NCBI RefSeq assembly: GCF_009914755.1
Contig: NC_060931.1
Source of the DNA: the human T2T-CHM13v2.0 reference genome, Homo sapiens
Length of the DNA stretch: 64,000 bases
Reading direction: 5' to 3' (one strand)
This document shows positions 42,714-61,513 of the stretch, one piece after another (position 1 is the stretch's first letter; the number at the start of each line of letters is the position of its first letter). The notes beneath the pieces are model-generated. The model was given only the letters and a program-made list of their open reading frames with translations. It was not told the DNA's origin and did no database searches. Position numbers and translations under genes: made by a program.

Positions 42714-43124
42714 TGATCCACTCGCCTCGGCCTCCCAAAGTGCTGGGATTACAGGCGTGAGCCACCATGCCTGGCCGAAATACTACTTTTATCATAGGGT
42801 AGGTCACTGTTAGTAGTGTCTTTGCTTTTTGTGTGCTCAGCACTCTTTCTCACATCTTTGTAGAAAGAGAAGCTGAAAACCTGGAGAGCTGGAAGTTCTC
42901 TGGGTGACCATTCATTCATTCCACCATCCTTTTGGCCCATCTTGATTTTACCAGGGAAGGACATTCAATCTGAGAGGTTAATGACAGTTGTTGGGAGGTT
43001 GTAATGGGAGGTCATTGTAGAGCCGTTTTTTGGTTTGGTTTCGCCTGGGACTTGTCAGCAGCTTGGTTTTATTGGTTTTTGTCTAATTTACAGTTTTAGT
43101 CCTGCTTGGCATAGCTTGTGAGTC

Positions 43125-43431
43125 CCGTTATGCTTTGCTTAACAACAAGGATATATTCTGAGAAATGCTTCATTGTGTGAATGTCACACAGCGTGCTTAC
43201 ACAAACCTACGTGGTAAAGACTACCATCTGGGCTGTATGGTATGGCCTATCGCTCCCAGGCTACAAACCTCAACAGCATGTGACTGTACTGAATACGCTA
43301 GGCAACTGTAACACAGTTGCATTTGTGTATCTAAACAGAAAAGGCACAGTAACATGCGGTATTAGAATCTTATGAGACCACTGTTGTATATCTGGTCCAT
43401 CACTGATCAAAATGTTATGTGGTGTGTGACT
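43125..43431. mobile_element. Tigger3/MER7-type DNA transposon remnant
   Basis: gcttaacaacaaggatatattctgagaaatgc start and atgtggtgtgtgacta end resemble Tigger3 termini. Confidence 0.6.
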
Positions 43432-44553
43432 ATACTCCAATTCTGAGTTTTATTCTATTTTATTGAACTATGAATACTTTATGCTAAAGAAGATCATGTT
43501 CCAATTCCTCTTGCTTTGTAATCTTTTCCATACATCAAAGAACAATCCTGTTTTTCAAGCTTTTTGGCTTTTCCTACAATTCATTCTCAGAGATGACCTT
43601 TAGAATAGACTCACCAGGCTCTTATTTCCAAAGCCTGTAGGGATTATGACTAAATCTGCATTTAAATTTAACCTCAGTGAACTGCCCACTGAGGGGGGCC
43701 ACTCAATCCAGCTGGCTTGAACAATCTCTTGATGACCAGAGACTGGGGGGTCACTCCAGCTGCTCTCCCCGACCCCAGGGACATCACCATGGCCCACTGA
43801 GCATTCCTGGGGCCCCAGGCCTGCCTCATCTTCCTTCCAATTGTCTCCTTTCTAACTTTCTTTGGGGAAGGTGGCACCTAATTTGAATGCCCTAGAGGTT
43901 GATTGTTTACCTGCCGGCTTTACCCAGGGACTTGCAGCTTCCAGGTAGGGTAGGAGGAATTTTTTGTTGGAGGCATTTGCTGGATGCCTTCTCCATTGTT
44001 TCAGTGGTATTTCCTCTTAACAAATGCAAACGTAACAGCTCACACAATAGAACTTCAGTTTTCAATCACACCAAGACCAAAATCAGCACTCTTGTTCAGA
44101 GAGTGGCTTCCAGGGACTTCAGTTTTTCTATAAATGGCTTCTCAGTTCTCCTTCAGGTTTCCAAGGTCAATCTGCTCATTAGCAGAAAGGGAGAGAGGAT
44201 GGAGAAGGCACACTGGCTTTTTGGCCACCTCACCTGTGGCAAGTGATGCAACAATTCTGCCCCACTGGTGACAATGTGTCATGAAGGCCCCATTTGTGCA
44301 AATGGCTGGCAGGTCTCATCTGCCTGGACAGTTGTCTCTGTCATCTTTCCTCTGCTCTGGTCCTGACAGGCATCTAGGCAACTCTGTTGCATCCTAAGGC
44401 TTTGCTTTCCCATCTTACCTGTCCATTTGTCCAGCTGTCTACTCACGTCCTGAGGGCCAAAACCTAGTCACCTGGCCACAGCTAGCTAACAGGAAAGTGG
44501 AGAAATGAACTCTCCAGTTACAGCCTGAACAACACAGTGAGACTCTTTCTCTA

Positions 44554-44587
<34 letters not shown>

Positions 44588-45344
44588 GGGCATGGTGGCA
44601 CACACCTGAAGTCCCAGCTATCTGGAAGGGTGAAGGGGGGAGGATCACTTGAGCCCAGTAATTGGAGGTTGCAGTGGACTATGATTACACCACTGTGCTC
44701 CAACCTGGGAAACAGAGTAAGTCTGCCTCTAAAAAAATAAAGAAATCTCATTAGGTACCCAGCTGAGACTTGAGGAAGAGGGAATCCTACAAAGAGGGGG
44801 AACACTGTAGTGCAATTAGCAGTCTGTTGCAGAGTTCTGTCATGCGATGCAGATACTCATAGATGGAGTATTCGTTCAACAAAGCAAGGATGTGTCCAAC
44901 AGTTTGAGCAGCCCAACCATTTCCATGAAAGCTGGCACAGGGCAAAGCTGCTAAAAAAGGCACAGACATCACTTAGGCACCTGAGCCATGAAAATGTGGC
45001 TAAAACTGAACAGACTATTTATTATCAACATTGGTTACTTTTTTTTTTTAAAGATGGAGTCTCTGTCACTCAGTCTAGAGTGCAGTGGCGCAATCTTGGT
45101 TCACTGTAACCCCTGCCTCTGGGTTCAAGCAATGCGATTCTCCTGCCTCACGCTCCTGAGTAGTGGGGACTATAGGTGACGTGTGCCATCATGCCTGGCT
45201 AATTTTTGTATTTTTAGCAGAGACGGGATTTCACCATGTTGGCCAGGCTAGTCTTGACCTCCTGACCTCAAGTGGTTCACCCAGCTCGGCCTCCCAAAGT
45301 GCTGGGATTACAGGTGTGATCAACGTTGGCTTCTGCAAGGACCT

Positions 45345-45712
45345 GGCTATGATTTGAATGGTTGTCCCCTACAGAACTAAAGGTAGCATTTTTAAGAGGT
45401 GATTGGGTCATGAGGGCTCTGCCCTATGAAAAAGTTAATGTGTTAATGGGTTAATGGATTAATGGGTTATCAGAGGAGTGAGTTAGTTATCACTATAAAA
45501 AGCCAGGTTGGCTCTCTCATGAGCCTCCTCACAATGTGATGCCCTCTGCACCTCAGCACTCTGCAGAGTCGCCGCCAGCATGAAGGCTGCTAACAGACGC
45601 AGCCCCTAGACCTTGGACTTGCCAGTCTCCAGAACTGTTAAATCAATGTCTTTCCTTTATAAATTACCCAGTTTTAGATATTCAGTTACAGCAACAGGAG
45701 ATGGATTAAGAC
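45345..45712. mobile_element. MaLR (MST-type) solo LTR
   Basis: gctatgatttgaatggttgtcccc ... ccttggacttgccagtctccagaactgt ... gattaagaca. Confidence 0.7.
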
Positions 45713-46084
45713 AGACCCCCTCTTATTTTACCTGATTTTCTTTCCTCTTCATACCAGACCCCACCCCATTCCCTCCCCCATAGGTGTTACATGAAATTTA
45801 TGACATTAAGTAGTGTTGTGAACCTATATAATAGATGTGTGTGTAGGTATGAGAAATTTTGACATTTTGTTTAGCTATATTAAATATTGTTGAATCAGTT
45901 TTCCCATTCATATCTAAGAGATTTTATCAAATGTGCTACATGCCAGTCTAGCATTTTACTTCTAACTGCTCACAGCCTTCTACTGCTTGTTTCACATTTT
46001 ACTAACCTCTGTTAAGGATGTTCACCTAGGATGTCTCATAAATCTTGTTACGAAGAAATTCCAGTCTATAAAGACAAATTTGCA

Positions 46085-48963
<2,879 letters not shown>

Positions 48964-49527
48964 CTATCTTATGAAGGCACCATGGTGGGCTATCATCTCC
49001 TGGGCATACTACAGAGGACCATAAATGTATAGGGAAAAAGATTACAATTCAACTACTCTTTAAGATTTGTTCTGTCTGCCATTACCTTTCCCGCAAAAGA
49101 GCCCCATTCACATCCTTAGTTCTCTGGACCCAAACACTGCTCTTATTTCCGTGGCACCTCCGGGCTTGCACTGTAACAAGCCAGCAGCCCATGCTAGTGC
49201 ATCAATTTGGCAGGAATCATAGACTTTATATTCAATGAAGGGAAAATCAATTTATTTTTGATGTAGTTATCTCTGTGATAGGAAGAAAAAAGCAATATAA
49301 TTTTAAGAATGTATTTCCTGGTGGGCTTCATTTTAAGATGGGCCAAAAAAATCTCTTAATTTATGAAAACATTGGCATCTTTTAAACTATAAACATGTTA
49401 CTATGAACACTGACTACATTACTGAAGAGGCAGTTCAGGACCACTTATATACGTACCAGACCCTTTGATGTGCAGGCAATCCATAGGATAAGAAGAAAAT
49501 GCCAAGCCATTTACAGTTTTCAAATAT

Positions 49528-49533
49528 TTTACT
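49528..49533 (-). terminator. Candidate ZNF12 poly(A) signal (AGTAAA variant)
   Basis: TTTACT on +, with UGUA upstream and U-rich sequence downstream on the - strand. AATAAA alternatives at 50027 and 49251. Confidence 0.3.
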
Positions 49534-50659
49534 GAAAATGCATATTGTACAATTAATGTATAATGACACACCAGTGTGAGAAACCTCCATAGGTATCATT
49601 TCCACAAATATGCTATGAATATAGAGTTCCTACACAAAACTATACAACTTACCAGATGTAATTCCTGTTACGTACCATACTCACAATCGTCTTGAAGAAT
49701 ATGGAGAAAAAGTGCTGAGTGACAAAAACAGGAGCCATGTGTGATTTTAATAAATGGAAAACACGGCATTTCAGCTCAGTGGTAAAGCAGTAAACCAATC
49801 AGATGCTTAGCTATCAAGTAATCATGTGAGAGGAAACAGAATTAGATCCTTACCTCATACTATATGTTGTCAGCTAACACTGTAGCAGTGGTATATGAAT
49901 CACATAAATTACCTCCAACAAAATGTATTCCATGTATTAGAAAAAAGGAGGTATGCCTAACATTGTGTCACGTTCCAAAGGTGAATTTTGCAGGTCAACG
50001 ATATGACAGTTCAAGGAAGCATACATTTTATTGTTTCAAGTTGATTTCTAATGCTCAAACTATTTACGTCAAAATTTACAGAAAATAAATCTCTATATCA
50101 ACAGCTTAAAATAAATGACTTACCTAAAGTCCACTTCTGAACTGCATAACTCCTATAAAGGTTTCAGTCTGTACCAATTAGAATGTCTTCAGTTATTAGT
50201 AATAGAGCATCCTAAATCAACTGGCTTAAAAATAAGTTTAGTCTCTCACAAAAGAAACAGTCCAAAGGAGGAGTGGCTACAAGGCTGCTTGGTTTGGTGG
50301 CTCAGAGACATCATCCAGGTCTCAGGGTCTTTCAGTATTTCTGCTCAGGCCATGATTAAACTATAATCCATTGCTGAAAGATGGTTACCAGGCACCACAT
50401 CCAGACAAGGTACTGTTCACCACAAGATTCCACTTCCCTTTGCTTGAATCCTTGGGCCTTTGAGAAAACCTTTTCCAGAAGTAGTCTGTCAGGTATATCC
50501 TTTGTTTTATGTCTAGAATTGGGCCCTGTGACCACTGTAAATCAACTGCTGGCAACGAGAAGGGGAGTGTCACTGGTTAAAACTAATCAGGATTTATCTC
50601 ACTTCCTTTTGAGGATAAATGGATAACCAAACTCCGCCAGCAGAGTAAGGGAGTGACTA

Positions 50660-50921
50660 AGAAAGTCACTCGGCAATGTCTGCCACAGACCCTTGTTAGA
50701 ATGTGTTCTTAATTCATTAACAGGAAGGAGTAGAGCACAAGGTTTAAAACCAGTACGACATCAAATGAAAACACAGTGAATTCCTATGTTAGAAAGTCAC
50801 TCGGCAATGTCTGCCACAGACCCTTGTTAGAATGTGTTCTTAATTCATTAACAGGAAGGAGTAGAGCACAAGGTTTAAAACCAGTACGACATCAAATGAA
50901 AACACAGTGAATTCCTATGTT
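50660..50921. repeat. Perfect 131-bp tandem duplication in the probable ZNF12 3'UTR
   Basis: 50660-50790 is identical to 50791-50921. Confidence 0.95.
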
Positions 50922-51929
50922 ACACAGCATTGTGCTCTGCACTGTTATGTAAGTGTCCAAATAAAAAACAGTAGAAAAAAAAATAGATACAAATGGGAAT
51001 ATTTTAAGTATATCTTAAAACTGTATAGAGTGCAATGATTTTCTCACTCTTGGAAAACTGGCATTATTAATTTTAAATTACCTAAGCAAAGTTTTCTATC
51101 TATTTTATACATGGATATTTATCTCTCTGGCTGACTCAGATACAGTTGAAAACATTATAAAAGCATTGGTCCTTTAGAGCTGATATTGTTCATTAAGAAT
51201 GATCAATGCATTAAATCCTAGAGAAGAGTGCAAGAAAAAGTATACTTTATACCTATCAAATGATATTAATGTAGTGCTGTTTAGAATACTCTTACTATAT
51301 GAATTACAAAATTAATAAGGATACAACGTTTTTTCAAACATGATTCGAAGTGAACATACAATTCCTGTAATGTACTGTAATAAAAACAACCCTCTCCCCA
51401 AACATAAGTCCTATGTTCTTTGGGAACTGCTTACATGAGTTTAAGGTTACCGACTTAACTAGCTATCCTGATGACTTTACAGTTTCTATTTACACAAGAA
51501 GTATGTTTATTCACAGCAGGAATCTTCTATTTCTTTTTTTTTTTTCAAGTTTGCTATTGTATCAGAAACATATCTTTTAGTATTAACAGTTTCCAAAGGA
51601 TTATGTCTTCCACATTCCTTATACTGATAGATTTCCCCTTGGCTATGATTTCCCTGATATGCAAAACAGTTCCAATCCATGGTGACATGTATATACATTC
51701 TTAATATTTATAAATTTTTACTTGTCTATAGTCTAGTATTGTTATACCATGTGGTCTTGTTATAATCATGGTTTCCATTCTGTGAGTCTTCAGATTATGA
51801 GTCCAACACACAAGGGGATGTCCACACTAACCTGTGTGAACTCTCTGATGTACAAGGTGTTTGACTTCAGGCAGGAGTTTCTGATTCACTATACTGAAAG
51901 GGTTCTCTGATATAAAATGAGGTCTGACT

Positions 51930-53785
51930 TCAGAGAAGCCTTCCCACATCTATTACATTCATATTGCCTCTCCTATGAATTCTCTGATGGCTGTTGAATG
52001 CTGATTTGTGGTAGAATTTTTTTCCACATTCAGTACACTCATAGGGTTTCTCTCCTGAATGAGTTCTATAATGTACAGTGAGGTATGACATCCGAGAGAA
52101 GGCTTTTCCACACTCATTACATTCAAAGGGTTTCTCTCCTGAATGAATTCGATGATGTATAGTGAGATAGGACATCTGAGAGAAGCACTTCCCACATTCA
52201 TAACATTCGTAGGCTTTCTCTCCTGTGTGTGTTCTCTGATGTCGATTAAGGGCTGAATTCTGGCAGAAGGTTTTCCCACATTCACTACATTCATAGGGCT
52301 TCTCTCCTGAATGAATTCTATGATGTATAGTGAGGTATGACATCTGAGAGAAGAATTTTCCACATATATAGCATTCATAGGGCTTCTCTCCTTTGTGTAT
52401 TCTCCGATGTCTACAAAGGGCTGAGTTCTGGTAGAAGGTTTTCCCACATTCACTACATTCATAGGGTTTTACTCCTGAATGAGTTCTATGATGGATAGTG
52501 AGGTATGACAACTGGGAGAATAACTTTCCACATTCATTACATTCGTAAGGTTTCTCTCCTGTGTGCACTCTCTGATGTCTCATGAGGGCTGAATTCAGGT
52601 AGAAGGTTTTTCCACATTCATTACATTCATAGGGTTTCTCTCCTGAATGAGTTCTATAATGTACAGTGAGATATGACAACCGAGAGAAGAATTTTCCACA
52701 CTCATTACATTCATACGGTTTCTCTCCTGTGTGGGTCCTCAGGTGGGTCGTGAGAGTAGACTTGCGGCAGAAGCATTTCCCACATTCACTACACTTGTAG
52801 AGTTTCACACCTGTGTGAATTTTCTGATGGTCATTAAGTGCTGACTTCTGCGAGAAGGTTTTCCCACAGTCATGACAAACATAAGGTCTCTCTCCTGAAT
52901 GTGTTCTCTGATGTTGTGTGAGGTGTGTCTTCTGGCAAAAGGATTTTCCACAATAACTACATTCATAGGGCTTCTCTCCTGAGTGAGTTCTCTGATGCTG
53001 AATGAGGTGTAACTTCTGGTAAAAGTTCTTCCCACATTCATTACATTCATAGGGCTTCTCCCCTGTGTGTGTTCTCTGATGCACAGTAAGGGTTCCCTTC
53101 TGGCAGAAGGATTTCCCACACTGATTACATTCGTAAGGTTTCTCTCCTGTGTGAGTCCTCTGATGTATAATAAATTTTGACTTTTTACAGAAGGATTTCC
53201 CACATTCACTGCATTCATAGGGCTTCATTTCCATATGAGATGTCTGATGTACAGTGAGGTCCGACATCTGGAGAAAGGCTATTTCAGATCCATTCCACTT
53301 ATAGGGCTTTTCTTCCATGTGATTAACAAAAACAGTGTCCTTTTGGAAGGCTTTCTGGCATTCAATATATTCAAAAGGTTTCTCCAAAATACGAATTTTC
53401 TGATAAAGACTTTCTTCATTTAGAGTATAAGGTTCCCCATTTTGATTAAATTCATAAGCTTGATCTCCTGGATGAGTTTTCTCAAGCTTAATATGGAGGA
53501 GTGATTTCCCACATCCACTACATTCATCAGCTTTCATTCTTGCATAGCTTCCATCACTACTAATATATTCTGAAACAGACGTTAAACACTTTTCACATGA
53601 GTCACAGAGGCTATTTTTATAGGCTATTTTTCTTGAAGGAACAGGGTTCGTTTCTACATCAAAAGTTTTACCAGGAACATTACCTCTCTCTTCAATCAGG
53701 GTCTCAATGAACACAGTTTGCCTTGAAGGTTTATTTTCCTCTTCCTGGATTCTCTCTATTAGGTCATCAGTTTGCCAGACTTCAT
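51930..53785 (-). CDS. ZNF12: ZNF12 last coding exon: spacer plus 15 C2H2 fingers
   Basis: Acceptor tttAG|AT GAA GTC TGG ([19 protein letters not shown]); 15 intact fingers at ~51975-53220; stop at 51930-51932. Confidence 0.95.
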
Positions 53786-54960
53786 CTAAAGAGAGACAAA
53801 ATTAATAAACTTTTGTACATCTTCCTATATATATATGATATGGAATGAGATTCATGATTTGTACACACGCATCTCATTGTGAGTAGATGCTAGCTTCATG
53901 AACAGATGAAAATAATTCCAAGTGTACTCTTCTCCTTTATGCTTTTGCTTAAAATTACACACACACAAACACACACACACACACACATCCCCCTCTAGGA
54001 ATGGAGAAAGGGGGAAGTAAACTGACAAAAACACATGCACTTTTGATCTACTTTATATTTTGTTCAAAACTGGGAATAGAAGATAAAATATAACACAGAA
54101 CAATGACTGGTAGGCGAAGAATGCAGGATGAATGGCTGACAGGGTAGAGCGATAAGGAGTGCTGTTGGACAAGGAGGGTCATAAGATGTATTCAATTAGG
54201 GATTCATTTAGGGGGAGGTAAAGCTGTACTTTATACCACATCACTTCATACCAAGTTGAGAGAGATTACAATTTAAGGCATTAGCACTGTATACTAAGAT
54301 TTTTGTGGTAGCATTTTCACTAGACTACATCCTTCCAAACTATTTTGCCTTCTTTCCTCATTCCACATAGTAGAATAAACTAAATCTCCTCATGTTTAAA
54401 GGAACAGCCCTATAACCAGGGCATTCGCCCTGTAATTCTGTTTCACTTGGATGAAGAATCCCAGGAATGTATATATATATCCTACAGGAAATATAAAATA
54501 GTCCACAGAGCTATAGGCTTATCTTGTGAGGATAGCGATGAGATCAACTGGAAACTTCAGTATTCTAATGATGCTATGATTTAATGCTAAACTCATTCTG
54601 ACCATGAAATTCTACTTGTTCCTATTTGAACAGTATATTTAATAGCATGAATTCTGGTGAGGTGACCTAGGGCAAGCTACTTAGCAATTCTCTGTAGTCA
54701 GTATCCTTCATCTGCCAAATGGAGATAATGGCACCTACCTCATAAGGTGGTTGTAGGATTGCAGCAGTTAATGCAGTGCTCAGAGCAGCATCTGGCACAA
54801 AACACATGCTTGATAAGCTTAGCAATTATTCTTCCCATCTTTCAATCTCCTGACCATTTGCTTAAGCCAGACCCACCCTGACATACTACCATCACTTAAT
54901 TCTCAGTGTGAGTGCTTTCCCACTCCTGAGTAGCATTTAGTGTACAAACCTTACAAATCA

Positions 54961-56587
<1,627 letters not shown>

Positions 56588-58417
56588 AGGCATGCATATT
56601 TAGAAGTAACTGCCTGTAAATTATTTCTGAATGGATGGACAAGAAAGTTCTTTCACCTGCCTAGCTTCTCAGATAATCAAAGAAAGAAAGAAATATCTCT
56701 CTCTGTTACACACTACATCAAGGGATAACATGCCCCTTTCCTTACAGGACTATGATCCAAGAGCAAAACAGCTCAAGCAAAATATAGACACTATCGAATA
56801 ACAGATTACTTAATCAGAGTCACTTCTTTATCCTATCACCCCTAGGTGAAACTGAAGTCGAGGGAAGGGAGATACAGAAGTCATGACAAAAGTCAGGGAG
56901 GGGTTGAAGATTTGAGGTCAGACTTAAAGAATGTGTTATGTGGGGAAGGAAAGCACACCCTAATGAAATGTAAAGCTGTAGGGATAATAGTATCATGAAG
57001 AGAAGACATTAGGAGTGTGAACCAAACGGAGTTTAGTCAGAGTTTTGGGGAAACAACAGAAAATTACTTTTTCCAGGTAATACAGGCCTAATATTGTTGA
57101 GATCCTTAAGGGACAAGGAATTAAAATTCCCTTTAGGAAGTAAAATGTAACCAACTATAGGCTTATCTTGTGAGGCTAGCGATGATATCAACTGGAAACT
57201 TTAGATGAAGACATACTGCAAATCCAGCTAGGACTCATAGCATGACAGCATCTAGTCTTTGTTTACATTAAGTCAAAGGAAACTGAGGATATACAGAGGA
57301 CAATGAAGACATTTCACACTGGACAAAATCCAGTAATCCAGAGAGATCAGTAATATCTGATGAGAATTTCAGTGGTTTCACAGGGACCACTATAGAAGAA
57401 GAGATTAGTATAGTTTAGTAAATAAAGGGAGGTGGAAAGGTGATTAGTAATTATAATTTGGAATAGGTCATGATCAATTTCCAGGCCTGATGAGAACAAG
57501 AGCAGGTCTGTAACTGCTATCACAGAAAATACCAGACTAGAGCCCAGGCTCAATGGTGGTAGAGATGTCATCCTGGGTGCGAGCAACATAAAATAAAAAA
57601 CAAAGCCTAAAGACTTGGCACTGGAGGCACCCTTTGAGAAACTCATAATGCGAGGAAATCACAGTAGGTAGAAACAGACCCTTTAAAGACATTTCTGGAG
57701 GTGGTGGAAGCATAAACCAGACTTCATTTGCGTATATGATACTTACTAAGCACCTGCCATGACAGGGTATCATTCAAGGTATTGGGAACAGAACAGAAAA
57801 TAAGAAACAAGATGAAAACGAGCATTTGGTTAAAGAGGGAGACCCAGGTACTGCAGTCACCAAATTTCAGGAGGGCTGGGTCTCAGGAATGAGCAGCACT
57901 GTCCAATGAAGCACAGGTGCACATGACAAGTAGCAGGATCCACTGGCTTAGGCACAGGATGGGAACTTTGGAGTCTAACCTCAAAGAAAGAAAAGTACAA
58001 AGTAGAACAGGGTCCAGAAACAGTCTCAGGCACTGCACGGTAAAGATTAAAAAAAAAAAACCAGAAGTTACACGAAGAACACAAGAATCACATAAGTTAT
58101 TTTTAAATGTCAGACTTATAACACCTAAAAAATCCATGATAATGGTTTCTGAAAATGCTAGAAGAGCAAGCAAAGACCCAAAGTTTAAGAGAACAACAGA
58201 AGTGACTGGAATTCGATTCTTGGGAGTGGCAAGCACAGAAAAGCTCCATAAACATAAGTTCTTACGGGGAAGGAAGAAGTCTTTGGGAGTGAGATTCAGG
58301 TTCATAGAGCATATAAGCAACTATTTCTAGTCACTTCTAAAGGTTCGGGACCATTAAAAAATCCCTGGGAAAAACACTCCCAAGTTACCGATCTCCTCAC
58401 TGCCTCCACTAACACAC

Positions 58418-58513
58418 CTGGATAGCTCTGAAGTAGGAATTCTCCTTCTACTATCCATGGCTCTTCTCCTTGCTCCAACTTGCTGATAACATCCGGTTTG
58501 ATAATGTGATACC
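58418..58513 (-). CDS. ZNF12: ZNF12 KRAB-B exon
   Basis: [32 protein letters not shown]; canonical 96 nt; AG acceptor and GTGTGT donor. Confidence 0.93.
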
Positions 58514-58695
58514 CTGTTAATGAGAAATGAAAGAGAACTTGAGCCCAGGCCGGTTGGCTTCAGGGTCTCTGTCATACAGGGAAAATTCCATTTGTGTCTT
58601 ATCAAAATCAGAACTTTTCACGGGGGAGATCAAGACCAAAATGCCCTGCCTGGTGCCCAAAAACAGATTACTCACATTCGTCCCATCAAATTTTA

Positions 58696-58998
<303 letters not shown>

Positions 58999-61083
58999 TT
59001 ATGTTACAGACTGTCAAAGGGAAACAAACATATCAGAAATACACTGTTCTGGGGTTCATTCAGTATACATCAAACAAAAAACAAAAAACAAAAAAACAAC
59101 ACTGGGATTGCACGGTGAGCCAGAAACAATCCTGGCTGTTGGGAACTCTTAACACCAGCAGGGACGAATCTCACCCCTGAGGAGCACAGGCCTGGGGACA
59201 CTCACAGAACCCCAGGATGCACTCTGCTTCTTTGCACATTCTTCAATTTGCTTCTAGAACATTAATAATGTTGGTTCTCTTCTTACCTCCCTGGTCACTC
59301 CTTCTCAGTCCCTTTGCTGGCTCCTCCTCTACTCCAAGTCATCCTGAATGTTGTGGGCCCTACGGCTGTCTTGAGTCTTTTTCTCTTTGCTGTCTGTACT
59401 TGCTGCTTTGATGGTGAGCCCTCTTCCTGGCTAATTTAATTACCATCTATACACCAACATTTTCCAAATTTACATCATCAGTCCAGGCCTCTCTCCTAAA
59501 TTCCAGACACATATGTCCCAGATGGCAAACTCAACATCCCTGAAATTCAATTGCTGTTCCTGTTCAAACCTGCTCCTACCATAGCTACTACTGGAACCAA
59601 CCCACAATATTTGACACAATTACCAAAATAACAAACAGGCTGGGCAACACACATTCTAGTTTTTATTTTTACTGCCAAGTGACCAAGCCTACAGCAGTTC
59701 AGAATGCAGCCTGTCACATGAATTATCAGTAATAGCTTGGTTCAGGTTTTCCTAATTCCCAGCTGGGAACCCCAAATTTCCTTTCTTCCCATGGTACACG
59801 TTCTAGGAGAAAGGAACATTCCTGAGGAGGAACAGACAGCTGACCTGGAAACTGTCAAAACCACATCTATAAATGTGTATCTTTTGAATAAAGTGTCCCA
59901 TTCACAAGTACTCACACTAGCCATTATAACTGTTTCCTTTAATATCATCCCCTCTAAAATAAAGAGAATAATGCTACCTATACATAATACCAGTATTAAA
60001 TGGACTAATCCACGAAAAGCACTTAGCATAGTTTTTTGGATAAAACACATATTTATCAATGAAATCTACTGTTATTGCTGACTTTTTACTGTGGCTCTGA
60101 CCACTTTCCAAATTAGGACAGAAAATTAACCATAAAACACAGAAGTTTAAACAACTGAAGGTTATGTGGTTGTTATTTATGTAATTGGCAAGAAAGAATC
60201 ATAAAACAGTGTCTGTGTGTTAAGAACAAAGAGGCTGAGATGATTTCAAGAAAATATGGTAGCAGGAATGGTGTAGAAGGTGTGGAAGGAAAGGCCATGT
60301 CATGTTCAGAGCTACGTAAGATGATGACAAACTCCTGATGTTGACTGAACACCTTGGGTTTCATATGTGGAATGACTGGAATGATCCATGAGTGCAAGCT
60401 GGGTTCTACTGACTCCCTGAGATGCCGTGCCACTCTCTCCCAGCTCTAGATATAGGCGTATCCACAGACAGGCCTGGCTGGCCTGGGAAGGATGAGGGTA
60501 ATCAGGGCTGAGAGTGTCCAGCTGCTGATGGGACACACGGTGGGGAAAGAAGTGGGTCCCACCCCAGCCAGATGAATCCAGGTGCAGGACTGCCCCAGCA
60601 GGTGATGAGAACTTCCTGGGGAGCAATAGCTGAGCTTCCAGAAACTCTGTGCACACTTTGTTCAGACGTCATCCACCATGAGGATCGGGAGAGTCTCGAA
60701 GTTCACGTATGGCATTGCCCTGCCTTGCTGAGCAATAACAACTTGTTTATTTCTTAGGAAAGTCAGCCTGGTTTCCTTTATTCAAGTGGTAGGTCCCTGC
60801 TTAGTATGTCCACCTGATATCTGTCAGGATGGTCACTGTGCAATGGGTGAAAACGGGCAAAGGACTTTCAAGGACTCATAAGAGGAAAAATGTGAAGAAA
60901 GTCATCAGCTCAGGAAAAGTCACAAAAGGAAAGCAAACAAATGAAAGTAGATGAGTAAAGAGACCACATATATCTATGACTACAATAAGTGTGAACACAT
61001 AAAATCTCTATTTTATTTTCGATTTTTTTTTAAATCTCTATTTTAAACCAGAATCCCTCTTACAATAAAAATATGCCAGGGAC

Positions 61084-61513
<430 letters not shown>

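Noticed and set aside
60300-60740. GC-richer patch in a ZNF12 intron with ATGATGA...CTGA motifs and short ORFs
   Set aside because: Box spacing is too short and the strand is opposite to the host gene for a C/D snoRNA. No protein was recognised; BLASTX or RepeatMasker would be needed to exclude a retrocopy fragment.
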